Assembly (NCBI GenBank): GCA_046482545.1
Contig: JAWOEX010000021.1
Coordinates: 32,001 to 96,000 of the forward strand
Origin: Candidatus Thorarchaeota archaeon
Lineage (GTDB): Archaea > Asgardarchaeota > Thorarchaeia > Thorarchaeales > Thorarchaeaceae
DNA: 64,000 nt
Direction of reading: 5' to 3'
Every line of letters starts with the position of its first letter. The first letter of the stretch is position 1. The notes beneath the pieces were generated by a model. It had not been told where the DNA came from and ran no database searches. It saw only the letters and a list, made by a program, of their open reading frames with translations. The translations under genes and the position numbers were made by a program. Positions 8,541 through 18,972 of the stretch are shown here, piece after piece.

Positions 8541-10820
8541 GTGGAGGTAGGGTGGCTTCTTGATGGCAGTATTGACAGGGAGAGCAAAGAGCTTGTCCTC
8601 TGGATCAAATCCAATGGAAAGACACAAGGCTATCCATATCCCAGTTTCAAATCATCACTGTTTGTTGATACAGACTTGTTACGGAATAACGAGTGGGAAG
8701 ACTCTGAGGTATTGCATGCAACAACTGAACACGAAGAAATAGTAGAAACGCGCCTTGTCAAGAGATACCTCAGTGTATACGAGGATACCAAGAAAGAAGT
8801 GGTACAGGTTTTTACTCAGCCAGGGTCACACTGGGAAGTCGCAAAGGATTTAGAACAACTTCCAGGAGCCACAGTATACCATACGGACATCAATCCAATC
8901 CAACAGTTCTTCATCACGCAAGAAGTCTTTCCATTTGGAAAAGTGGAGTATGATTGCGAGAATAGTGAAATCGTTGAATTGAAGAATCTAGATAATCGGG
9001 AAGCGGTTCACTATGAAATTCCTGATTTGGAAGAGGTTGAACTTCAAGTATCTGTTAGCACGAAGCATCTTTTTCCCAGAATGGAAGACCCAATTCACCA
9101 TATCCGAATTCTGCATCGGGGTCATACCGAAGTAATTGAAGAAGCTGATGAAAAAGCCACACTTCTAAAGCTGCAACAAAAAATCGATGAAATCGATCCG
9201 GACATAATCATAACGAGAGGGGGTGATGAGAAACTTTTCAGGTATTTGAGTCTTAGAGCACGAATTCATGAAGTAGAACTGTTATTTTCTAGGGATGGAA
9301 CGCCTCTTAATGTAAAGGAAAGGAATCCTCAGTCATTTTGGCAATACAACAGAGTAGTTTACAGATCTGGAAGACCCGTGATGTTCAACGGCAGAATCCA
9401 CATAGATAGGAATGAGAGTATGTACTACTCGCCATCTGGAATAGAAGGAGTTGCTGAGGGGTGCAGACTAGCATCTGCACAACCTCAGAGAGTAGCAAGG
9501 ATGTCAATTGGTAGCGTAAATGCAGCAGTCCAATACTATAACGCCTACAAGAGGGGACTCCTCATACCCCCGATTAAGAAAAATCCGGAGTTTCTGAAAT
9601 CAGTTAACGACTTGGCGACCATTGATAGAGGGGGCTTGATCTTTCAACCCAAGCCAGATATCTATGAAAAAGTTGCAGAATGCGATTTTTCCTCTATGTA
9701 TCCTACGCTCATGGTTACTCGCAATATCAGCCCTGAAACCATATGTATGCGAAATCAATGTCCATACAATCACAAGTATTGCGCAGATGTTCCCGGGGTG
9801 AATTTCCGCATATGTGAACGAAGAAGAGGGTTGGTGTCAAAGTCTCTAGAACTGGTTATACAGAAACGGAAGGCGTTCAAGAAACTCATCAAAGAGGGAG
9901 AAGAGGCCAATAAATACAGACTAATGCAAAACACTCTGAAGGGTATACTTGTCTCCTGTTTTGGGTACCTTGGTTTCAAGAATGCAAGATTCGGAAGAGT
10001 AGAGGCTCATACGGCTGTTACAGCATTTGCACGAGAAACATTGCTTCAAACACAGGAGATTGGAGAGAGGTATGGTTTTGAGATAATCCACGGGATTGTT
10101 GACTCTCTCTGGTTGACATCAAAGAAAGAAATAGAGTATGACCAAGTTCAAAAATTCTGCAAAGAGGTCACCGATGTTGTGGACATTCCCATGTCCATGA
10201 AGGGAATTTACAAGTGGTTTGTCATCCCTTCCTCACGTGTAAAACCATCAATTGCCCCCTTGAACCGCTACTATGGGCTCTTTAGAAATGGCAGTATCAA
10301 GACAAGAGGCATCGAAGTAAGACGCCGTGATACTTGTCTCTATGTAGGGGACTGTCAGAATTCGATGATTCAGGTTTTGGCTCAAGCACGAGACAAGAGA
10401 GAGTTTCTAGATCTGGTCCCAGAAGCCTTTGGCGTATGTCAAGATTACATCACGAAGCTACGGGAAGGCGATGTCGACATGCGGGATCTAGTGCTCAATT
10501 CCCGTCTGAGTCGAGAACCTGAGGAATACCGAACAACCTCAAGAGCTGCGGTAGTAGCAAAGCAACTGGTAGAAATGGGGAAAGATTTGCACGCGGGCCA
10601 GAAGGTGAGATACGTGTTGATAGAATCCGATACAAAGAACCCCATGAAACGAGTCAAGGCCATAGAGCTTCTGGATGAATCCGTGCAGTGTGATTTCGAT
10701 GCGTATGCGAATCTCTGCCTAAGAGCATTCGAGAGCCTCGTTCCAGCCAAGTACGTCGGATTAAACAACCCTGAGGCTGGGAAACAGTTGCGTTCAACCG
10801 AACATGCCATCATTCAGTAA
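8541..10820 (+). CDS. polB2: Family B DNA polymerase, PolB2 group
   Basis: CDFSSMYP motif A, K...SCFGYLG motif B, HGIVDS instead of YGDTDS (PolB2 signature), degenerate exonuclease motifs. Confidence 0.88.
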   Translation: MEVGWLLDGSIDRESKELVLWIKSNGKTQGYPYPSFKSSLFVDTDLLRNNEWEDSEVLHATTEHEEIVETRLVKRYLSVYEDTKKEVVQVFTQPGSHWEVAKDLEQLPGATVYHTDINPIQQFFITQEVFPFGKVEYDCENSEIVELKNLDNREAVHYEIPDLEEVELQVSVSTKHLFPRMEDPIHHIRILHRGHTEVIEEADEKATLLKLQQKIDEIDPDIIITRGGDEKLFRYLSLRARIHEVELLFSRDGTPLNVKERNPQSFWQYNRVVYRSGRPVMFNGRIHIDRNESMYYSPSGIEGVAEGCRLASAQPQRVARMSIGSVNAAVQYYNAYKRGLLIPPIKKNPEFLKSVNDLATIDRGGLIFQPKPDIYEKVAECDFSSMYPTLMVTRNISPETICMRNQCPYNHKYCADVPGVNFRICERRRGLVSKSLELVIQKRKAFKKLIKEGEEANKYRLMQNTLKGILVSCFGYLGFKNARFGRVEAHTAVTAFARETLLQTQEIGERYGFEIIHGIVDSLWLTSKKEIEYDQVQKFCKEVTDVVDIPMSMKGIYKWFVIPSSRVKPSIAPLNRYYGLFRNGSIKTRGIEVRRRDTCLYVGDCQNSMIQVLAQARDKREFLDLVPEAFGVCQDYITKLREGDVDMRDLVLNSRLSREPEEYRTTSRAAVVAKQLVEMGKDLHAGQKVRYVLIESDTKNPMKRVKAIELLDESVQCDFDAYANLCLRAFESLVPAKYVGLNNPEAGKQLRSTEHAIIQ

Positions 10821-12177
10821 TAGCATGGGCCTGCATTGCTATTCTGGGCTTCAATTCTCGCATAGGGATGCCCGTTTCTCTGGAAACCTTCAACACATCA
10901 TCAGCTTCAGGCTTAATATTAACTACACTGCCATTGGCTGCCCGAGATACCTTGACACGAACCATGTATTCCTTATTCTCAATTTCGAGCCCACACACAA
11001 TTGTCTCACGAGCTGCCTTGATTCTATTCCATGTCGTATAGCGAATGCCCAGGGTTCCCAAGTGTCGAATGATGACTCTAGCAGCTTTCTTCACGTTGTC
11101 CCTCGTTGTAATTACCTTAACGACAAAACAAGGGCGGTTCTTCTTACCGTAGGCAGGGATTATGACAGCATCATAGGCAAGATTCCCATCTAGAAGAAAC
11201 TCAAACAAAGACCCTAGAGTTTCGCCATCAGTATCATCTACATTTGTCTCTATGACGACAACTTCGTCTCTTCCCCAGCTATCGGTTGTTTCGAATTCCT
11301 CAGGTGTGAGTTCAGATTCTGGTTCTCGCGGTGGCATTTCCATCTCTTCAGCATCCTCCGTCTCAATGTCTTGCACAGGTTCCTGCGGCTCTTCTTCCTC
11401 AATTTTAGTCTCTATTCCTGAAGCGCTCCCAACTGCAATCCGCAAAACATTTGGTACCCCTCCCAGTTCCCGTGTTCCAAAACCAAACGCTTCTTCTTCA
11501 ACCTCGAAACCCTGTGAGGATTCAACGAATTGATCCGCAAGTGTACCTAGAATTGCAGCACCCGTCGGAGTTAAGACTTCGGTATCGGCCGGTCCCGCAT
11601 GAAAAGGCATGTCGAATTCCTTGAGGAGTTCGGAAACTGCTGGAACGGGTACTTCCATTTCTCCATGCGCTGTCGTGATTGTTCCAGAGCCTACTGCCAA
11701 ACTAGTTACCAAAAGCCTTGAATCATCAAGAAGATCAGCCTTATCGAGAAGATAAGCAGTACCGACAATATCAAGAATTGTGTCAACAGATCCTAGTTCG
11801 TGAAGATGGAGAGAGGTGATATCTTCGTCGTGCGCCCGGCTTTCTGCTCGGAAAAGGGCTTCCAATGCATCCTCAGCCAACTTGGACGCTTTATCCGAGA
11901 GCTCAACCTCCTCGGACATAGTGTCGAGAACGTTTCTTAGAGCCTCGATATCCAGACTCATCTCCTCGTCCATTGTTACATCCATTTCTAGACCAATTGC
12001 ATCTTCGAATTGCCTTTTCTTAAAATTAACACGTAGAGTCGGATCATAAATCAGGAGACCTGCTGCAACGGGTGCAAGGGCTTCGTCATCCCCAAGCAAA
12101 TCAATGAGAGCTGAGAGAATCATGTCACCAGATGCACCAGCTGTTGCGCAGTCGAATAGAACATCTCTCTTTGCCAT
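10810..12177 (-). CDS. larC: LarC-family nickel insertion protein
   Basis: GASGDM, HLHELGSVDTILDIVG, HGEMEVPVPA, TPTGAAIL, ETNVDD, KKNRP, TLGIR, KPEADD. Confidence 0.88.
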   Translation of the reverse strand: MAKRDVLFDCATAGASGDMILSALIDLLGDDEALAPVAAGLLIYDPTLRVNFKKRQFEDAIGLEMDVTMDEEMSLDIEALRNVLDTMSEEVELSDKASKLAEDALEALFRAESRAHDEDITSLHLHELGSVDTILDIVGTAYLLDKADLLDDSRLLVTSLAVGSGTITTAHGEMEVPVPAVSELLKEFDMPFHAGPADTEVLTPTGAAILGTLADQFVESSQGFEVEEEAFGFGTRELGGVPNVLRIAVGSASGIETKIEEEEPQEPVQDIETEDAEEMEMPPREPESELTPEEFETTDSWGRDEVVVIETNVDDTDGETLGSLFEFLLDGNLAYDAVIIPAYGKKNRPCFVVKVITTRDNVKKAARVIIRHLGTLGIRYTTWNRIKAARETIVCGLEIENKEYMVRVKVSRAANGSVVNIKPEADDVLKVSRETGIPMRELKPRIAMQAHAITE

Positions 12178-12360
12178 CGTACTTTAGCCTCCGAGCCCCT
12201 GAGTCTATCTGGGTGGCATGTTAGGCGATTCACCTATTTGGTTCTTTAGATTAGGAGCTTCACAGGAAGCACAACTACTCAATGATTCTCTCTCTTAAAT
12301 AAGCTTCTAGGACAAAACAGAAGCAGGTACTGAAAACCGATTCTATGCAGCTGGTTGCAT

Positions 12361-13185
12361 TCATTTGTTTCGCCATTGCTCGAAAATCGCCATGTACATG
12401 CACTCTTCTGGCGAAATCCACATTTTCGAGGAATCAAATGATTTGTCAACGAAAGTAACAGGGGCATCACGGATAAGAGCTGCAGGTACTGATTCATCAG
12501 ACTCCCCCATAACGGCAGTGCAAGCAGAAGCAAGGTTGTCCGCTACACCTCTACGGGTGATTCTCAGCTCATTTCCAAACAAATCCTTTCTACCTCTATC
12601 ATCAGCAACTGGTTCAAATCCTGCCACGGCCAATGCTATTCCAATATTTCCCAATCGTAGAGGCTGAGTTCTGCTATCAATCACAATCACACCAATTGTG
12701 ACACCACATTCTTTTCGAACCTGTTCTCGCAGAAGCTCTGCACTGTGACGGGAATTCTCGGGAAGCAAAGATGCATAACCTTTTGGCACGTTTGATTTAT
12801 CCACCCCAGCATTTGCCATGAGTGTGTTGTTCTTGAGGGTCAATAGAACATGAGGAATTCCACCCAAGATTTCGTCGGATTCCCTTACAACAAGCTCTGC
12901 AACCTCTGGCTGTATCGTATATCGGGATGCCAGTTCTCTTGCCTTTTCAGACACCTCGATATCAGCAAGAGAGACAACTTGGCCTTCTGTTGTTCCAAGG
13001 GGGGTCTCCGCTATGCCCAGTATATCATGATTCCTTATCTTGAGGTCCTGTTTCTCCAAACCCTCCAATAACGCTTCGAGGAAATCATCATTCTCAGAAA
13101 TGACCTTTGTTCTTATCGGAACCACTAACAAGGAAATCACCATCAAGCTGAAAGAGCATACGTAACAAAATAAACTCTGCTGCAA
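12361..13185 (-). CDS. cofE: Coenzyme F420-0:L-glutamate ligase
   Basis: ANAGVDKSN, DSRTQPLRLG, DDRGRKDLFGNEL, ADNLAS, MGESDE. Confidence 0.88.
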   Translation of the reverse strand: MQQSLFCYVCSFSLMVISLLVVPIRTKVISENDDFLEALLEGLEKQDLKIRNHDILGIAETPLGTTEGQVVSLADIEVSEKARELASRYTIQPEVAELVVRESDEILGGIPHVLLTLKNNTLMANAGVDKSNVPKGYASLLPENSRHSAELLREQVRKECGVTIGVIVIDSRTQPLRLGNIGIALAVAGFEPVADDRGRKDLFGNELRITRRGVADNLASACTAVMGESDESVPAALIRDAPVTFVDKSFDSSKMWISPEECMYMAIFEQWRNK

Positions 13186-13191
13186 GGAGAC

Positions 13192-14643
13192 CTACTGGAA
13201 GCCATCATTGGGTGGTTCTCGAGATTCTTTGTCATCCTTCTGTAACTTCATTCGTGCACCCATTATACAAGCATCACCCTTTCGCCCACCCATCGGATTG
13301 TGCCTTGTCCCCATGGAATTCATACATCTGGCTGCGACAGCTGCACCAAGTGCAAGTCCATCATCGACAACAAGCAAATCGTGATTCTCAATCCAGAGTT
13401 TTCCATCCGCAAGGTGCAAGGTGTCTGCCAGAAGCTTGGGCTTCATTTCTGTTACAATAGCCCTTCCTGTGACGCCCAGTGAAGTATCTGGCAAAATGAG
13501 ATTGTTGGCTTCAGCTACTTCCACAAGCCGCTGGACTAACCATACCTGGGTAGTATCAACCAATGCCATGAGGCCGGAGATTCCATTTTTGTCCATAGCC
13601 CCTTCACCAATACTACTGAGTTCATCCAATTGTGAGCCATTGACTCCCACATCAACCCCAATCAGAACCACATCACTCTGTCGCGCAGCAGTTGGATTCA
13701 CAGGAACTGTACCATAGCGTTCGATACCTTCAGGCACCACTTCAACGGTGATGAGTTCATGTACTTCTTCTGCATCCTGTTCCATTTCCGCATATTTCTC
13801 AGGTGTAGTACTCGGCAAGTCAAGAACACAGCCCCTCTGAGAGTCTACAGAAGGAACAACCCTCGCCAAGGAGTCAGGAATGGCACCAGCTAGACCAGCA
13901 AATGATCCAATAGTCTTTGCGTAGGGATACCGGTCATCGGTGGCCCTTCCAGCTAGAGTAGTTCCGAAGTCTAACGTCAATACAGGGTTTCTGAAATCAA
14001 TATCACAACTCTTAGCTGCGCCCTTGAGTCCGGCCGTTACTAGTTCACCTTCCATCTCGTTTGCCACTACTGATCCTTCCGATGGGGGGAGACAGCTTGC
14101 CACAGCACCATCGAAATATACTTTCTTCAACCAAGTAAAATCACATATCCCCGGTGGAAGGTTGTCTGGAGATAGCACAGCAGTCATTCTGTTCGTTGGA
14201 ACACCAGCGTCAACACATCCTTGAGCAAGTGCCTTGACCATCTCACCAACTTCTTCAGGCTTCGCAAAACCAGCAGTCACTCCGGTGGACCTTACAACAA
14301 AATGTAAATCCCGATCTAACCTAATCCTAGCCTTCTTGATTACACTCTTGAGCAATTCTGAGATGAATTCTTTCACAGAGTCGCGAGTCAAATCCACTCC
14401 TACTAGAGTTCTTCCAAATGTTTTTTCGCCATCATATGGTGCCCGTACATTACGAGTGAATCTGACTTCTTTCTTGATTTCAAAGATTTCAGCCGTATTC
14501 AGATTTGTACTCACCAAGATGCATTTGCTTGTGGTGTTACCCAGTTCTACTGATGCTACTGTATAGAAATCTCCCATACGAATTGAAGAGATAGTGGTGG
14601 AACGAGGTTTGACCCGCCTGAATTTTCCTGGCATCGGACGCAC
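13192..14643 (-). CDS. Methanogenesis marker protein 14 (ASKHA-type ATPase)
   Basis: VASVELGNTTSKCI, FVVRSTGV, NEMEGEL, DFGTTLAGR, DDGLALGAAVAARCMNS. Confidence 0.85.
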   Translation of the reverse strand: MRPMPGKFRRVKPRSTTISSIRMGDFYTVASVELGNTTSKCILVSTNLNTAEIFEIKKEVRFTRNVRAPYDGEKTFGRTLVGVDLTRDSVKEFISELLKSVIKKARIRLDRDLHFVVRSTGVTAGFAKPEEVGEMVKALAQGCVDAGVPTNRMTAVLSPDNLPPGICDFTWLKKVYFDGAVASCLPPSEGSVVANEMEGELVTAGLKGAAKSCDIDFRNPVLTLDFGTTLAGRATDDRYPYAKTIGSFAGLAGAIPDSLARVVPSVDSQRGCVLDLPSTTPEKYAEMEQDAEEVHELITVEVVPEGIERYGTVPVNPTAARQSDVVLIGVDVGVNGSQLDELSSIGEGAMDKNGISGLMALVDTTQVWLVQRLVEVAEANNLILPDTSLGVTGRAIVTEMKPKLLADTLHLADGKLWIENHDLLVVDDGLALGAAVAARCMNSMGTRHNPMGGRKGDACIMGARMKLQKDDKESREPPNDGFQ

Positions 14644-14650
14644 CTTCTGC

Positions 14651-15580
14651 TCACAGCAGCTTCCTGTACGGATGATTTTCTACCGGTTCGATTCCAAATT
14701 CCTTGCTCAGAGCCTCTGCTGAGAATATATCGCCCATCGCAACGACCGGAAATACTCTCTCTGCATTCTCTATAGGACCATATAGCAGATAATCCGCACC
14801 CAGAATCTGGGCTATGAGGTTTGATGCTGCGTCGCACGTTCTATAGATTTCCTTGTTTTCAAAATCCTTTATCCAACGCCACGAAGAGGGAGCATTATGC
14901 ATTCCCGAGCCGGTCGGATGACCAAAGGTTACCTTGGAAACAAAAGTGAAAGCAACAGCTGAGCCTGCTCCTGAACCTATACTTGTAGTAGCAGTATCGA
15001 TGAGAGGTTTATCGATACCAATTTCCTTGCTCAAGTCAAGCAAACCTTTTTCCAAATCTCCAGCACCTTCTTCCAGAACAGCCCGACGCCCTGCAACTGA
15101 AGAATCCTGTGGGTTGAAAGCAAGTACGATTGCACAGTCATGCCCTATCTCTTTCAAAGCGGCAATCTCTTCATCATTTGTGGAAATATTGAGAGAATTG
15201 TAAATGGCCTTGTCGAGCAAGCCAACTTCCTGAGAATACCGAAGGCCTTGTATTCTTACATCAGAATCTGTGGAATCGATTAGATACGGAGCATCAGTCA
15301 CAGTGGATACAAAATCGATGTATTCCTCTATCGCATCAGGAGATTCTGAAAAGATGTGTACTAGGGCTGGATTTCCCGTTGAGTCTGACATTTCTTCTTG
15401 TGCCTTGATTCGAGATTCAGCAGTTGGACGGTCAAAAATCCCCTTATCAGGATCTTCAACTATCTTGTCTCCACTATAGAAAATTGTCCCAGCAAGGACA
15501 GTCGGATTTTCACCGGGCATACCTCCAATACGAACGTTTCCAACATCATAGACATACTGCTCTTTCTCGAAAATGTACAT
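14651..15580 (-). CDS. mtrH: MtrH-family pterin-binding methyltransferase
   Basis: IGGMPGENPTVLAGTIFY, IDST, IYNS, GSGMHNAPSSW, LYGPIE. Confidence 0.9.
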   Translation of the reverse strand: MYIFEKEQYVYDVGNVRIGGMPGENPTVLAGTIFYSGDKIVEDPDKGIFDRPTAESRIKAQEEMSDSTGNPALVHIFSESPDAIEEYIDFVSTVTDAPYLIDSTDSDVRIQGLRYSQEVGLLDKAIYNSLNISTNDEEIAALKEIGHDCAIVLAFNPQDSSVAGRRAVLEEGAGDLEKGLLDLSKEIGIDKPLIDTATTSIGSGAGSAVAFTFVSKVTFGHPTGSGMHNAPSSWRWIKDFENKEIYRTCDAASNLIAQILGADYLLYGPIENAERVFPVVAMGDIFSAEALSKEFGIEPVENHPYRKLL

Positions 15581-16288
15581 TCAATCAAACTCCTTTCCAA
15601 CGAGTATGGTTCCACTATCAGTATCTTGAACCTCAATGCCGACTTCCGAAGGGTGCACCGATATCATCGCCTGTATGTGTTGATGTGTGATTAAAGACCT
15701 AGAAGGATCAAGACATACTCCAAACTCAGGTAGAACCGCCACAGATGGAGTCGGACCCATTGCTTTCGCACCACTATCTCGCACTTCGAAATCAATCCAT
15801 AGAGGCTTCTTTGGATATGACTTACGGGATTGAGACAAGAGACTCTGCACTCGATTGCCGATTTCTTCTACATTGGATACCCCCATCATATCAACAATCT
15901 CCACCTGATTCCTGAAGCGCTCTACTGCGTCCAAAGGAATATTCTCAACGTAGGGAATAGCTCCAGGAGCCTCGAATATCTTGTGTGTGGTTTCGTCGAG
16001 ACCATTTTCGTGTAGACAGCAAAGTGTAGAGCCGGTACGGTGCCCTGGAACTTCAGGTCCTGCTAGAATGAGGAAACGAATCGCCGGATTCGACACTACA
16101 TTTGCGATTACCCGTTCGATGCCGATATTCTCAGTCTTGCATGTTCCAGCTATTGCGTAGGGAGGTGGTAGTGGAATCTTCTTTCCAAGAGTACATACAG
16201 CGACTGATAAATCGGGATTGTCGACTGTATAGTCTCCCGGAATTGGTGGCCAAGACTTGTCCTTATTTGTATCAGACATGGTAATCAC
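15581..16288 (-). CDS. mtrA: MtrA-family corrinoid protein, soluble (no C-terminal TM helix)
   Basis: WPPIPGDY, CKTENIGIERVIANVVSNPAIRFL, EVPGH (His ligand), GAIPYVEN. Confidence 0.9.
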   Translation of the reverse strand: MITMSDTNKDKSWPPIPGDYTVDNPDLSVAVCTLGKKIPLPPPYAIAGTCKTENIGIERVIANVVSNPAIRFLILAGPEVPGHRTGSTLCCLHENGLDETTHKIFEAPGAIPYVENIPLDAVERFRNQVEIVDMMGVSNVEEIGNRVQSLLSQSRKSYPKKPLWIDFEVRDSGAKAMGPTPSVAVLPEFGVCLDPSRSLITHQHIQAMISVHPSEVGIEVQDTDSGTILVGKEFD

Positions 16289-16291
16289 AAC

Positions 16292-17209
16292 CTACTCGAA
16301 TGAGGTCGGCTCAAATATCTCAGAATCAATACCTAGAGCGCGATGTGATTCAGCAGCAGCGGAAGCAATTGCATTCCCAATAAGTGCAAAAGCTGTGTAA
16401 ACCTCCTTAGTTCTGGACATCGAGCCGTACATGATGCAATCTGTTGCTAAAACTTGGGCGGCAGTGGTCGATGCGACTATTGCAGCAAGATGCGTTTCGG
16501 GGTTATCCAGTTCGGGCCGTCTAAGGAATTTCCATGCTGAAGGAGCGTTGTGGGGACCTAGACAGGTAGGTAAACCCAACTCGGACTTGATTGCGATAAT
16601 AGTCCTGTAATCAAGACCGTAGCCTGCACCTACTGGCATAGTTGCAGGATCAACGACCATCTTGTCAATGCCCATTTCATCTGCTTCGTCCAGCATCGTC
16701 TCAATAACATCCATCCGTTCTTTCAACGTGGTTGCTCGGGGTGACCATCCCAAAACAACGGCCATATGGAGGGAACTGCCTGCCAAGAGTTCCTTTTCAT
16801 CATCCTTCATTGACAGATTGATGCTGTTGTAGATTGCTCTGTCCTGAAGGCCTTCTTCATCGCAGTACTCAATTCCTCGTCTCCGAGCCTTGGCACTCGT
16901 AGATTCGAACATGAAGGGGCCATCATAGTTTTCCACAAGCCACGATAGGTGGTTTTCCATGGCGGTAGCTGTTCTCCCGTAAATCTGAATGAGAAATGGA
17001 TGCCCAGTCTCCTCTTCCATGTCCTTGGCTCTTTGAATCCATTCTTTGGCTAGAATCTCGTCGAAACGTCCCTTCTTGCTGCTTTTGACAACCTTCTGAC
17101 CTCTGAAGAAAAGGCCTCCAATCGCAACAGTCGGATTCTCGCCCGGATTACCGCCAATTGGGATTCCTCCAAAATCGAATGTCTGCTGTTCCTTCTTGAA
17201 AACAAACAA
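16292..17209 (-). CDS. mtrH: Second, divergent MtrH-family methyltransferase
   Basis: IGGNPGENPT, IYNSIN, HNAPSAW. Confidence 0.85.
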   Translation of the reverse strand: MFVFKKEQQTFDFGGIPIGGNPGENPTVAIGGLFFRGQKVVKSSKKGRFDEILAKEWIQRAKDMEEETGHPFLIQIYGRTATAMENHLSWLVENYDGPFMFESTSAKARRRGIEYCDEEGLQDRAIYNSINLSMKDDEKELLAGSSLHMAVVLGWSPRATTLKERMDVIETMLDEADEMGIDKMVVDPATMPVGAGYGLDYRTIIAIKSELGLPTCLGPHNAPSAWKFLRRPELDNPETHLAAIVASTTAAQVLATDCIMYGSMSRTKEVYTAFALIGNAIASAAAESHRALGIDSEIFEPTSFE

Positions 17210-17211
17210 TG

Positions 17212-18144
17212 CTAATCACCTTTCTTTGGTCGAGGATGAAGACCAGATTGTTTCACAAGTACAGGTATGCTTTCCTCCCATCCAACGCCCATGATGTGCA
17301 TGCCATTTACACCTTCGATTGTCCTAATGGTTTCTATGGTCTCCAGAGCCATTGCAATACCTTCCGATCTGACTGCATTTCGCTTCTCCTTCCCCCTAAG
17401 TCCATCTCCAGCATCTTCAAGCCGCTTAATCATCCTTTCGGGAATCTTGATACCTGGAATTTTGCGATTCATGAATCTGGCCATTCTCGGGCCCTTCAAC
17501 GGAATAATACCTGCGATTATCTTGATATCACGTATGTCAAGTTCATCCATGAATTCCCTGAAACGGTTTGTACCGTATATTGCTTGTGTCTGGAAGAAGC
17601 GAGCGCCAGCATCATGCTTCTTGCCCACCCTCCAAGCTTGTAATTCGAGAGGGTCGGCATAGGGGTTGAAAGTTGCACCAAGATAAAAATTGGGTGTACC
17701 TTCCAGCTTGTCATCTGCAAGATCTCTTCCGCTCATGAGATGACTTGCCAGCTGCAGAGCTTGAATTGAATCCAAATCATATACCATCTTAGCCTCAGGA
17801 TGTGAACCAAGCAATGAATGATCGCCGGTCATAAAGCAGACATTTCGAATGCCTAGGGCATATGCACCATACAACTCGCTTTCAAAGAGAATACGATTTC
17901 GATCTCGTGCTGACATCTGCATGACTGGTTCCACGCCACAGCCAAGAACAAAATGACTGCAAGCCATACTACTCATAGTTGGAATACCACGGACATTGTC
18001 GGTCAAATTCAGAACGTCACAGTAGTCCTTCACTCGCAACACCCGTTCTACCAAGAGCTTCTCGTCTGCACCATGTGGAGGACCAACTTCCGCAGTGACG
18101 ACAAATTTATCGTCTTGAAGTAATCTTTGGAGATATGTTTGCAC
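17212..18144 (-). CDS. metF: Methylenetetrahydrofolate reductase, MetF subunit
   Basis: TAEVGPP, NLTDN, RDRNR, TGDH, GARFFQTQ, G.HIM. Confidence 0.9.
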   Translation of the reverse strand: MQTYLQRLLQDDKFVVTAEVGPPHGADEKLLVERVLRVKDYCDVLNLTDNVRGIPTMSSMACSHFVLGCGVEPVMQMSARDRNRILFESELYGAYALGIRNVCFMTGDHSLLGSHPEAKMVYDLDSIQALQLASHLMSGRDLADDKLEGTPNFYLGATFNPYADPLELQAWRVGKKHDAGARFFQTQAIYGTNRFREFMDELDIRDIKIIAGIIPLKGPRMARFMNRKIPGIKIPERMIKRLEDAGDGLRGKEKRNAVRSEGIAMALETIETIRTIEGVNGMHIMGVGWEESIPVLVKQSGLHPRPKKGD

Positions 18145-18231
18145 GAGGGTTCCTTTCTCCTTTCAAACGGTTTAAAGCAAAGAAACAAGGGGAACAGATA
18201 TTTGCTTTGGTCTTACGGGAAAATAAACCAA

Positions 18232-18900
18232 CTAGAAGAGGGTATCCTTTGCATCATGAACGATGTTTGTGGGACCCGCTGCCAAGCTCCAATCTTTCAT
18301 CTCCCAGATTCGTTTGATATTGTCAAGTTTGTCCAGCTTCTTCAACCGATCATAGATTAGCTGCCAGGCACATTCGGTATCATCATCTCTTTCGCACATA
18401 CCATCCATTGAGCCGCCACACGGACCATTGAGAAGGCCTTTGGCACAGCGAGTAATAGGACAGATTCCCCCAGTAAGATGTAGAACACATTCACCGCACA
18501 TGGAGCAGCGCTCATCATGATGAAATCGCTCAGGCATGGTTCCCAAGAAGTCCGAGTCAACCGCGGGGAGCGATTCTTTTTCTGGCACTATCTTGGTCAA
18601 ATTCTGTGTGGCAACACCACATGCTTGCACAAGAAATGCGTCAGCTTGTTCCAGCATTCGCTCATGTTTGTCCAATTCCTGTTTGGTAGCAAACTCGTCA
18701 CAAAGTCCGCCTTCGACAAACACGTATCCTAAGACATCTTTACCATGTTCGGTTAAGAAGTCGGTCATATCCTCCAGCTGGAGAATTCCACCTACGTCAC
18801 ACATTTGTGCACAACCGGAGTCACCAAAGAGGACTATCTTCTCGCAGCCTTCAAGCATCTCGAGGATGTCCTCCTTACTCTTAAGATCCATTACTATCAT
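18232..18900 (-). CDS. metV: MetV-like Fe-S subunit of methylene-THF reductase
   Basis: CSMCGECVLHLTGGICPITRCAKGLLNGPCGG...C...CAW. Confidence 0.88.
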   Translation of the reverse strand: MIVMDLKSKEDILEMLEGCEKIVLFGDSGCAQMCDVGGILQLEDMTDFLTEHGKDVLGYVFVEGGLCDEFATKQELDKHERMLEQADAFLVQACGVATQNLTKIVPEKESLPAVDSDFLGTMPERFHHDERCSMCGECVLHLTGGICPITRCAKGLLNGPCGGSMDGMCERDDDTECAWQLIYDRLKKLDKLDNIKRIWEMKDWSLAAGPTNIVHDAKDTLF

Positions 18901-18972
18901 TTCACCAAGTCCAGGAATAATTGTGATGAAGAATCTGATGCTAAAAAGCTGACCGTAGATGCAGAGGAAAAC

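Noticed and set aside
13192-17209. Methanogenesis
   Set aside because: No mcr or membrane mtr subunits in the window; MtrA/MtrH and marker 14 also occur in non-methanogens.
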